Below are positions 53,197 to 64,000 of a stretch of 64,000 bases of DNA, in pieces. Position numbers and translations under genes: made by a program. The stretch is taken from contig JAGIQG010000009.1 in the NCBI GenBank assembly GCA_024679065.1, positions 64,046,001 through 64,110,000 on the forward strand, in the 5' to 3' direction. How positions within the stretch are numbered: position 1 is the stretch's first letter; the number at the start of each line of letters is the position of its first letter. The stretch comes from Sphyrna mokarran. Taxonomy: Eukaryota. Under the pieces are notes generated by a model. That model was given only the letters and a program-made list of their open reading frames with translations, had not been told where the DNA came from and did not search any database.

Positions 53197-53760
53197 CAAC
53201 AACAACAACAACTTCTATTTATCTTGCTTCTTTAACATAATAAAATGCTCTACCATATGGAACATTATCAAACAAATTTTGAAAGAGTCACATAAGTAGA
53301 TATTAGGACAGAGGATCAAAAAGTTGGTCAAAGTGGTGGTATTAAGAAGCATCTTATCAGAGGAGAAAGTGTTGGGGGGTCAGAGTGGTTTAGGAAAGGA
53401 ATCCCAGAACTTGGGGCAGAGACAACTGAAGGCATAACTACCAATGGTGGGCTGATTAAAATTGGAGGTCCATTATAGGCCAGAATTGGAGAAGCGCTGG
53501 GATCTGTATGGCTGGAAGAGGGAATGTGGCAAGGATGAGATTACGGAAGGACTTGAAAACAATGAAGATAATTTTAAATTAGAGGTGCTGGTGAACTAAT
53601 GTAACTCAACAAGTTCAAGGCTGAAGTGTTAGTGAGACTTGGTGCAAGTTAGGATACAGGTAGCAGAGGTTCAAATGAGTTCAACTTTTGTTGGGTAAAT
53701 GAAGAAAGGCCAGCTTTGGAGCAGTAAAACATAGTGAAAGACATGGATAAGTGTTTCAGC
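53197..53760 (-). mobile_element. L2-clade LINE 3' fragment with (AAC)n tail
   Basis: caacaacaacaacaacttctattt tail; collinear with 29500-29829 plus 31762 onward. Confidence 0.6.
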
Positions 53761-54719
53761 AGCAGTGTAAATCTGCTCATCATTTATATGGACATATTTT
53801 TGGTTTTTTTGTATGTACTTTTTGTTCAGTTGTTTTGCTAGTGGGGTTTTTGAGGTGGCAGGGTAATGCTAAAACTTCAGTCAATACAAAGGCTCACGAA
53901 AACCATTGTCCCAGTTTAAGGACATCTCTATTTGACCAACAGTTGTGGGGAGAAGTCACCAAAGAGTTCTAGGCCTCTCCAGAGATAGAGCAGCCTGACC
54001 TCTCTGATGAATTCTGGGTTTTCAGTTCAAGAGAGATCAATTGTATATTTTCTTTATCAAATTCTCCTGCCTTTCATTAGCTTTGAATTAATCATCTTCA
54101 GTATACATAAATCATTAATAACACCTGTCAGATACCTTAGCCAATTGCACCTAGTCCTCTGGTATAATGGTATTCTGTTAGTCTGTACAATCTAAAAGAT
54201 AGCCTCCCCTTTTGGCTATCTCAACATCCTCTTTAACTTAGCAACCAGACACCTGGCCATTAAGTTCAAAATTAACATTCCTATAGGTTTCTCTCCGGGT
54301 CACTGCCAAATCAGTGTATGGGCAAGCATCCATCTTATCTGGACAGTAACTAATTCTACTCTTAAGCAGTCATGAGAAAATAACTGCTTGCAATTCCCAT
54401 TGATAAGAAACTGCGCTTTCTGAAATTTCATTGTTTCCTAAGAATGTGATTCCGTTTGAAAGTCCCCATACCATTAGGCCTTGTGGCAACTTGCTCATGG
54501 CCAAAGTGCACAATCACTTTAAAATATCAAAATATGCATTTAAATCAGAATCACTTGTCACAATCACTCTTACTGCAGTCATATGTGTGTAAACTATTGT
54601 TAGTTTATAAGTCTGTTTAAGAGTCATTTAACTCAATGCTGGTAATTCAGTCAATGTCTTAAACACCTAATTATTTAAAATCTTTTTCAACCTAGTAGGA
54701 TTTTCCCTTTCCCCAAAAC

Positions 54720-56700
54720 TTTCATGGGGTATGGCCGTTACTGCAGGAGCAGCATTTATTGCTTAAATTAAAAAAAAACAAAATACTGCCTGTGTTGGAA
54801 ATCTGAAATAAAAACTGAAAATGCTGAAAAATACTCAGCAGGTCATGGGACATTTGTGGACAGAAACAAATTAACATTTCAGTCTAATGACATTCAGACC
54901 ATGTGCTGCCTTACCTGCTGAATATTTTTGTAGTTTTCTCTTTCTATTTTTGCCCATCCCTAATTACCTTTGAGAAGGTGGTGGGGAGATACTTTCTGAA
55001 ACACTGCAATCCGTTTGATGATGATAAGCTACAGTGCTGTGGAAAGAGATTTCCAGGATTTTTACCCAGTAACAGCAAAGGAGCAACAAGATTACTTCTT
55101 GTCACCATATGAGTAACTTGGAGGGAGGCAATTGTTCTTCTGGGTAGTAGGGGATGTGGGTTTGGAAAGTGCTGTTGAAGATGCCAGGGCTTACTGCTCG
55201 AGAATGGGGCTAAGTTGTTCTGGTGATGAAGGGAGTGGATGTTTGAGGTAAGGGATGGATTGTCAACCAGGTGGGCTGTGTTGTCTGGATGGTGTCCAGT
55301 TTCTCATTTGTTCTTAGAATTTCATTCAGGTAAGCAGAAAATATTTTATCACAGTCCTGACTTGTGCCTTTCAGAAGGTAAACAGGCTTTGAGGAGTCAG
55401 GAGGCAAGTTACTCACTATAGAATTCCCAGCCTCTGACCTGATCTCGTAGCCACGTAATTTATATAGCCGGTCTAGTTCATTTTCTGATCAGTGGTAAAC
55501 CCCAAAAATAGTTAATAGAGCATAGAACGTTACAGCACAGAACAGGCCCTTCGGCCTTTGATGTTGCGCCGACCAATATAAAAAGCAATGCCCCTCCAAA
55601 CTAAACCATTCCCTTCTCTTCCATATACTTATCAACTAACCTCTAAAACGCCACCAAACTTGGCGCATCTACAACTGCTGCAGGCAGGGCATTCCACTCC
55701 CGAACCACCCTTTGGGTAAAGAACCTACCTCTGATAGCCGTCCTATAACTATCACCCCTTAATTTAAAGCTGTGTCCCCTCGTGCTAGCTTTCTCCATCC
55801 TAGGAAAAAGGCTATCACTGTCCACCCTATCTAAACCTCTAATCATCTTATATGCTTCAATAAGATCCCCTCTTAGCCGCCTCCTTTCTAACGAAAACAA
55901 CCTCAAATCCTCAGCCTCTCTTCATAAGACCTGCCCTCCATACCAGGCAACATCCTGGTAAACATCCTCTGTACCCTCTCCAATGCCTCCACATCTTTCT
56001 TATAATGTGGGGACCAGAACTGCACACAATACTCCAAGTGCGACCGCACTAGAGTTTTGTACAGTTGCAACATGACGGTGCGGCTCCGAAATTCAATCCC
56101 CCTACCAATAAAAGCTAAGACTCCATATGCCTTCTTAACAACCTTATCGACTTGACTGCATACTTTCAGGGATCTATGCACAAATACACCAAGATCCCTC
56201 TGTTCATCAACACTATTAAGAATCCTACCATTAGCCCTATACTCTACACATTTATTATTCCTGCCATAGTGCATTACTTCACACTTTTCCACATTAAACT
56301 CCATTTGCCACCTCTCGGCCCAGCTCTGCAACTTGTCTAAGTCCCTCTGCAAACTATAACACCCCTCTTCACTATCTACCACTCCACCGACTTTAGTGTC
56401 ATCTGCAAATTTACTAATCCATCCTCAATACCCTCATCCAGATCATTTATAAAAATTACAAACAGCAGGGGCCCCAAAACAGACCCATGAGGTACACCAC
56501 TTGTAACCGAACTCCACGATGAATATCTCCCATCAACCACCACCCTCTGTCTTCTATCTGCTAGCCAATTCCTAATCCAATTAGCTAAATCACCCTCTAT
56601 CCCTATATATCTCTATAGTGGAGGATTCAGTGCTGATAATGCCATTGAAAGTCAGGGATGCTCCCTCCTGCTATAGATGGTCATTTGGTCATTAGTTGCT
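54720..56700 (-). mobile_element. Family B LINE 3' fragment hosting two later insertions
   Basis: Reverse complement of the 3170-3360 tail. Interrupted by a hairpin repeat (54775-54950) and a CR1 (55518-56605); resumes at ~56610. Confidence 0.6.
55518..56605 (-). mobile_element. Young 5'-truncated CR1/HER1 LINE (~1.1 kb, RT C-terminal half)
   Basis: [26 protein letters not shown], then ORFs 55903-56382 and 55643-55906 (one frameshift) and the tail. Confidence 0.9.
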
Positions 56701-56827
56701 CCTAATATGGCATAAATGTTACTTTGTTTACATTGCAACTTGTAAATATCTCCTTTATTTGCGACAGTTGCTTATTCAGTTTTATCCTTGATGAAAATTG
56801 CTTTTCAGCAAAATGTAACTCATTAAC

Positions 56828-59800
56828 TATAATACAAGGGCTAATTCTAACTGTCTGATATGCTAATGAGACACCACACACATCATCACAGGAAGTGCTG
56901 CAATGTCTCATGATCCTTGTTGAACCCCATAACAAGATGAAACTGCACAGTGAGAGATGTTCAATGAAAGATAGCATGTTCCTAACCTGTGCAGACTCTG
57001 CAAATATTCTGTGCCAGCACAATGAGATGAAGAACATTCTATGGTGAAAAAATAAATATAGAAAAACTACCACCATTACTAGAAAGCATTTCACAATCAG
57101 GCAGCAGCACGCTTGAATTGGAGCTGAAGATTTGCCAAATATCGTAGTACATCGGGCTGCGCTGTGAGCAAGTCAGTCTACTATTATAAGTGACTGGTGA
57201 CTGTGCAGGCAATATCCTAGTCGGACAAAGGATCACTGAAGACATAACTGCATACGATGAAGTAATAATAGACTCAATGTCTGCCTTAATCTGCAAAGGA
57301 ATGCCATGTTGAGGTGGCTAAATTTAACAAATATACCCAAAGGGAAGGTATTGATATATCATCAACAATCTGTATAGACTTACTCTGAATGACAACTGTG
57401 AATATGGCAACTTAAAAGTGAAGTAATCAAGGCAGAATTGTTGTCTACATCTTGGATGGAACATTGTTTGATCAATTGCCATCATGTGGTAATTTAAGTG
57501 TAACAAAAGCATTTCAACTGAGCCGACAACCTGAGGTCAGGAAACAGAATCGATCAGTGATTCAGGATGACAGAAAGAGCCAGATCCCAAAAATGACTGA
57601 TGCAGTGGAGTTGTTAAATTTAAAAACAGTGAATCTGCTGGAAGCAGAAAGAGCATTCATCAACTATCCCAGCTAACTATTATCAGTATGGTGAAAAAAC
57701 ACATGCATGAAATTGCACTTGCCAAAGAGGCCAAATGCAATTTTTGTACAAAGGCGGTTATATTCAGGCTGTAAGACCCTTTGGTCTTTGAAAGGTAGCA
57801 GGATCTACAAAATAAAAGATATCAATAATATTGAAATGCCTTTCCATAGAGAGATCCGAGAACAGAGCAGAAGTAACTGGAGTGCTGATATTGTAATATG
57901 GGGAAACCAAGGCACAGTTTAATTTAGAGACAGGTGCAGCAGTTTTAAATCTTTCTGATGCTGAACTGCGGCTGAAGAAAAGTTATCTTCACCGATCATG
58001 CAAACAACTATGTGGTCCAAGGGGTGTAGAATTCAAGATCACTGAACAATTGAAGGCAACCCTTCAAGGTAGAGGAAGATCACTGAAAGCTTATGTGATA
58101 CTGAATCAGAACTTTCACTCTTAAGCCAGCAAGCATTTACAAACTGGCATTTGATTTGCAGAGTGGAGGAACTGGAAAGCTGTGAAGATCAGCTTAAAAA
58201 ATTCAGAGCTGAATTTTTGCCATGTTCACAGGTGTAAGAAAGTGGAAGACCATGTACTACATCACTTTAGATCCTGAAATGAAGCCAGAAAACCTTCTCA
58301 TCCAGTGTTGCCAAAAGTAAAGAAGGTAACTGAGTATATGTTGAAGCAAGCAGTTATTTTATTTCTGATAAAACCAACAAGCTGGTACCCAGGAATGGTC
58401 CCAGTGCCAAAACCCAACAGATACATCAGAATTGATAAAGATCTTACAGAACTGAACAATTGAATGTGACACATTCATCCTGTGTTGTCTGTGGGCAAAG
58501 CTTAGCAAAATTAGAAAAGAGTTCAATCTTCATGAATGTAGATGCAAATAATTGTTTAGTTTTGTAATTACTCCTTGATGAAAAGATCAAGTTTCTCACA
58601 ACGTTCATTGACTAGCCCATTTGGGGGGGGGGTTTATTTCAACTGATTACCCTTTGAATTCACATCAGCACCAAAATTCTTCCAGAGGGCACTGTCAAGT
58701 CTCCTTGAAGGTGTGGATAGAGTTGTATTTCATCTGGATGATGTCCTGATCCAAGGATCCATTCAAACGGAATGTGACACGCGAGTGTGGCCTGTGTTAT
58801 AATGGTGTCAGGGAGCAGGACATATAGTCAACAATAGATATAAATTCTCACAGCTGATTGTCAAGTACATTGGGTAAATTGTGTTTTCCATCCGTTTCAG
58901 AGCAAATTCACAGAAGAGCAATTGGGGTGTTTCCAGCTCCTCAGTTTGTGACTGAGCTCCAAGAATCTATGGTTTTGGTAAATCTAGTAGGAAAGTGTTT
59001 GCTCAACCTAGTTGTTATCAATTATGACACAAAGGTAATTGTCATGGTGCTGGGAGGAAACGTAATAGAGGTCTTTTGAGAAAATCAAAGAGATGCTATT
59101 ATCACCTGATACTTCAAATCACTGTAGCTGAGGCTAGCCACCGTGATTGCCACAGATGCATCTTTTACAGGATTGAGAGCTGTACTCTTTCACAAACAGG
59201 TGAATGAAAAGTGTAATAAAAGCAAAATATTACAGATGCCGGAAACCTGAAATTAGAACACAAAATGCTGGAAACAGCAGGTCCATTACTATCTATGGAG
59301 AGAGAAATAGAATGTTAATGTTTTGAGTTTATATGACTTCTTCAGGTGAAAAATCATAGACCATTTCCTATACATCCCATGCACTGACAGACTGAACAGA
59401 TAAAGAAGTATGAGCTGCATAGACTTCTGGCAAGTTTGAAGATTATGTTCTTGATCTCTGCTTCAAAATAGAGACTGATCACAGACCCTTTGAGTCACTT
59501 CTAACTTCTGAAGCAAATACCTTCACATGTATAATGACTCAGACTAAGATGATGAGGTTTAGTGCAAAGACAAGAGTACATTTTGGCGAAATAGCAGACT
59601 ATAGTAAATTATTTACCTGCATCCTCATGGCACGACCTAAACAAGTTGATGTAGCCCTTGTTAAAGACATAGAAACCTTTACGTTGACAACAACCACAAC
59701 TCTACTAATGCCAACTTGGTGACTAAATGAATCGGGGATAGTCAGAAATCTGATAATGAGCATGTTCGTATCAGAGAGTACTGCATCAAAGGATGGCCAG

Positions 59801-61070
59801 CCTACATGCTTCACAATCCTATTCTCAGATAGTACCATGAACAGAGAGAACACCTCAGTTGAGTTGATGATTTACTTAGAGACTGGTCATTGCAAATTTG
59901 ATGAGACTTGACCTTCTGCAGCCATTGTGCAAGGACATTTGGGCATCTCAGAATATCAAGGCAGAGCAGGGATATTCTGTTTGGTAGCCAGATTTCTCAA
60001 AATTGCTGGAAGAGGTGATTTCAAACTGTATTACTTGTGCTACTCATTGCCAGGAGATAAGAGAAATATTAATGAAATCTTCCTTTGTATCAAGACCATG
60101 GAAACGTCTAGGGAGGGACCTTTTTAAACACAGAGGTAAGTTTTTTTTTTATCACATTAGACTGTACTGCTCCAGATGGGTAGAAGTCAAGGAACAGCTA
60201 GGTCATATTTCTGAAGCAGTAATTACGTTGCTGAAGGAGATATTGCAACACATGGAATTCTAGACCTTGTAATCTTAGACAATGGGCTGCAATTTGTCAG
60301 TGAATAATTTAAAGAGTTCATGGCATCTTATGGATTTTTCCAGACTACCAGTTCACCATGCTACCCTCAAGAAAATGGTGAAGTTGTAAGAGGAGTGTTC
60401 ACAGGAAAAGCATTGCTGAAAATGAATGACAACATCCAACTTGCACTTCTGAGCTATTGTTCAATTGCACTCCAAACAGTTTAGCACCTTGTGAATTCCT
60501 TATGGGATGAAGACACGTCATAGAGGATACAATCTATCAATGGTCCAAAGTGGAGAGTCAGTTTGGTTCAGAGACCAAGTTAGTTAAGGACAATTGGTTG
60601 AACATCCATGTGCCTAACTCAAACAAACCAAAAGTGCGCTAGTCGGCCACACACAAACAACTTCCTACACAGTTGAAGCAGCCACATAACCCAGCTGAAC
60701 AGATCAGAGATGCTGCATTCATCAAAAGATGCAGCTGATTACCAGACTGGTGGATCTGAGCCATCTACAGATTTCCCTTTCGTACAACAGAATTAGAGAA
60801 ATTATCCATTGGGCTCCCATCCCCAATTATCTCCAAAGGAGTTGAGGATGCGTTCGGATAGTGAAATTGGAGTAGTGGGGGAGGGGGAGTAGATGTAGTA
60901 TAAAGGATTAACTCTCACTGTGTGATATGTTATTGAGATAGTATATACCATCACAGGAAGTCTTGTTCTGTCTCATATTCCTGCTCATTCCTTTTGGATA
61001 GAGCCATAATAGATGTTCAAGAAAAGTAAACTGAGTAAGTATTTTATGTTGGCACAAGGCCAAAAGTATT
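56828..61070 (+). mobile_element. Decayed near-full-length Ty3/Gypsy provirus with both LTRs
   Basis: 5' LTR ~56828-57040 and 3' LTR ~60894-61070 share tgatatg.ta.tgaga, catcacaggaagt, tgtctcat, agatgttcaa, gcacaa. Protease FNLETGA ~57918; RT LPFEFTSAPKFFQR/HLDDVLI ~58647-58751; RNase H ATDASFTGL and IETDHRP; integrase GHLGI, RPWKRLGRDLF, DNGLQF, TSSPCYPQENGEV; PPT ggggagggggag before the 3' LTR. Confidence 0.85.
59215..59346 (-). repeat. Penelope-type short repeat inserted in the Gypsy RNase H region
   Basis: aaaagcaaaatattacagatgccggaaacctgaaa...aatgctggaaa...ggagagagaaatag. Same family at ~7260-7345, 32465-32530 and 54775-54950. Confidence 0.6.
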
Positions 61071-63545
61071 AGTCATTTCAGATTGAGATAATTTTGAGTC
61101 TGAAGACAGTAATGTCCTTGTATGAAACATGTTACCTAAGGACTTTATGCATTTTAAGACTAAATGCAGTTCCTAGTGCTCACTAAGAAAAATAATGCAG
61201 TTTCTAGTGATTAAGAATACAAAGTTAGTTTCTAGTGTTTATAAGGTTGACTTTTCCTCCCACCTGCTATCTAATGGTGAAAAACATGAGCCTTTTCGTG
61301 GTCCAGGTCAGGTTAGCATTTTGACAGGCTCTCGTTGCTCCTGGAAGGGCTAGAAAATAGTCTGGCTCCTATGCTGAGTCAGCTGATAGTCAGAGTTTTG
61401 GGAAGGATATAGATTTGAAGTAGCCCTGCTCCTTATGGCTTCATCAAAAAAAATGGTATTTCCTGGCCAACCTCCCAACTGTACTTCAGAATTACAATGA
61501 AGATCCTGTGCCTGCTCTGGAATCTAATTAGGTGAAGTTTGCCCTGATTTACATGGGTGTCTTAACTGCCGTTGTGATGACTTGTGGGATTATGGCAGTG
61601 AACTTGAGGAGAGCAGGAACAGGTTGGAAAACACAGAGCTGCCTCCATCTATTTCCAATCCAAAGTCAGGCTGACCTTTATGTCTCTGTTTACAGGAAAT
61701 TAAAGCAGTTAATTCAATCAGATATGGTCAATACATTGACCATATCTGATTACTCATTTAACAGTTTATATATAAAACAACTTGCATTTTGACTGATGTA
61801 AATTTATAGATCTGTTCAAACAAACAAACAATTTTTTGCACAACTGTTTTTTAAATCAAAGTAAATGTCTGAGCAAAACATACATACTGAAATTTCTATT
61901 GATGAAGGTTTTATCCACTCAACTGTAATGCAGGCTACTTTTGATGTTTTGAATTAAGTTTGGCTTTGACATAACATAAAATGATTTTCATTCACAGTTT
62001 TAAACCCATTCAAGGAAAGATTTATTTTGCAATTTTTCTGCTCCCCCCCCCCCCCCCACCACTGTAGGCATTCCCCAGCCAATAGTGCATGCAGGTGACC
62101 TTGGATATCAGTGTTCAAAGTTCAAAAGAGAGGCCAGCCTCCAGTTTTGTTTTGCTTCTTGTGAGGAATCACTGCTGCCTTATGGGAGAGTGTGGTTAAG
62201 AGAGATATTGCAGCATCAGTGATTATGGTTTCACATCTTGCCCCTTGTCTTCTTTCTACAGCATTGCACTGGAGTACTAGAGACCGGCTTCTATTTACAA
62301 TCCCCACACTTGTGTGCATTCAGCAGACACCATCTTTTGGCAATTTCCCAGAATAATTATCTATCACTTAAAAAGTCAGTCATAAAGGAGACATTTAACA
62401 TGTTCACAATTTTAGGCAAATCAGTAAGCTTTTTACACCTTGCTAAAGCACAAAGACCTTAATTACTTACTTACTATTATAAATGCGCTGCTAATTGCAG
62501 GCAAATTTAAATGTTTATGAAATGTCGCTCTGCTGTTTCTACTAACTATAGACCTGGTATGTAAGAATTGAGTGCTCAGTATTTCAGTATTGTTGGACAC
62601 TGCCACAAGGTATGGTGAAATTTTGACTGAGTGATTGGACAACATGCATTTTCTTATTGTAGTAGCTCAAGTTTTATTGTCCTGACACTTTCCTTGGGTG
62701 GATGTGGATAATTTTTACAGGAAAAGAATAGAGTTGGAATGTTGTGTTATTAATGCAATTTGGCACGAGACATTTGAGTACTGTGGACCCTCTTAATTGG
62801 CTAATGCTTTATTTCCAAATAGGAGTATTGCGGACCCTGCTTTTATTCTATACTTCAGCCTTACTGTGCATAGTTTGTATAGTGAGAAAATCATTTCAAT
62901 GCAAAGCTATAATTGATAGGGACTGTACCTGTCTTACAATTCTGTGTGATGTAAGCAGCCTTTTCTCACCCCATACACTTTTCTAAGAAATTTCATTAGA
63001 ACTAATATACAAGGTCTGAAAGTCTCAGTTTTTGTTGTGAATGGTAAAGGAACAGCTTTCACCATTCACATCACATAGAATTGCCACCAGAATTTTAGGT
63101 GGCTTGCTAGTGAAGACTTTCAATCACGTGATGTTTATAGGGGATTTGTGCTGTCTGTGAGCAGGCCTAGGCAGCAGAAAGTTTTGGAAAGTTTAAGAAT
63201 CCTCAGAGACACACCGACTGCAATGTAAGAAATTTAAAAAAAACAGAAAGCAAAACAAAGATTGTGGCATATATGTGAGATCAAGGGCCGTAGGTAAAAG
63301 AGCAATTCCAAGTATGGTTGGGATCTTGAACTCGTATTTGTCATCTGCAGGAGTGGACTCAAAATGCACAAAATTTAGAAAAGCGTTATTCTCACTAGTC
63401 AAATCTAGTTTTTTGATTTTGAGCCAATCTCGCTGGGGAATGATGTGGAACATGCCGGGGAAGGGCGCAAATCTAATTTGAATATATCAGCTTTTTATTC
63501 ATGAACACTCCTGCTGGATATTGAGCACTCACCATCTATTCAGTT

Positions 63546-63868
63546 GATAGAATCAATGAGTCCCTACACTACAGAAAGAGGCCATTCAGCCCATTGAGCT
63601 TGATTAACCACAATCCCACCCAGCCGTACTCACGTCACCCCCACGTATTCACCTTGCTAATCTCCTGACGCTAGGGTTAATTTAGCATGGTCAATCAACC
63701 TAACCCACACATCTTTGGACCGTGGGAGGAAATTGGAGCTCCCGGAGAAAAACCCACACCGACATAGGGAGAATGTGCAAACTGCCCCAGACAGAAAGTG
63801 ACCCAAGGCCGGAATTAAACCCTGGCGGTGTGAGGCATCAGCGCTAACCACTGTGCCAGCATGCCACC
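63546..63868 (-). mobile_element. HE1-like V-SINE
   Basis: Complete head, V-domain and tail in reverse complement; retains CpGs. Confidence 0.8.
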
Positions 63869-63870
63869 AA

Positions 63871-64000
63871 AGTTTTATTTTAATCATATCACAAGTAGTA
63901 TTACATGAACACTGCAGTCAAGTTGCTGTGAAAATCAACTAGTTGCCACACTCTGGAGCCTGTCCAGGGGCACGGAGGGGGAATTCAGCATTGCCAATGC
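63871..64000 (-). mobile_element. 3' tail of HE1-related SINE variant (cut by window end)
   Basis: Collinear with 19022-19140. Confidence 0.65.

Noticed and set aside
62638-62690. DNMHFL, resembling the next expected KCNT2 exon (PDMHFLDAICWFPMVYY...)
   Set aside because: Similarity stops after MHFL, there is no suitable acceptor and a stop follows; the real exon is probably beyond the window.
53000-64000. Possibility of a nested gene or domesticated TE gene in the last intron
   Set aside because: All coding-like signal is explained by broken CR1, L2 and Gypsy sequence with stops and frameshifts.

Overview
Eukaryotic (vertebrate) genomic DNA. The repeat landscape (HE1/V-SINEs, HER1/CR1 LINEs, DeuSINE/SacSINE1-like copies) points to a shark. 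The whole window lies inside one + strand gene, a Na+-activated K+ channel (Slo2 family), most likely KCNT2/Slick. Eleven internal coding exons (788-52975, 1641 nt) splice via GT-AG junctions into one stop-free frame covering the pore/S6, RCK1 and the start of RCK2. The 5' and 3' ends of the gene are outside the window. Introns are filled with transposon relics: CR1, L2 and RTE LINEs, several SINE families, two decayed Ty3/Gypsy elements (one with both LTRs), solo LTRs, GC-rich TIR elements and Penelope-type short repeats, often nested. Almost all other ORFs in the track are spurious or TE fragments. I found no convincing new multi-gene system. The best leads are splice-regulatory architecture (a distant branch point, an in-frame alternative acceptor) and unusual composite retroelements (a CR1 with a V-SINE domain in its 3' UTR, a LINE with a tRNA-like head, hammerhead-like relics). 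Repeat family names and comparisons with human/rodent proteins come from recognition and memory, not database searches; repeat boundaries are approximate.
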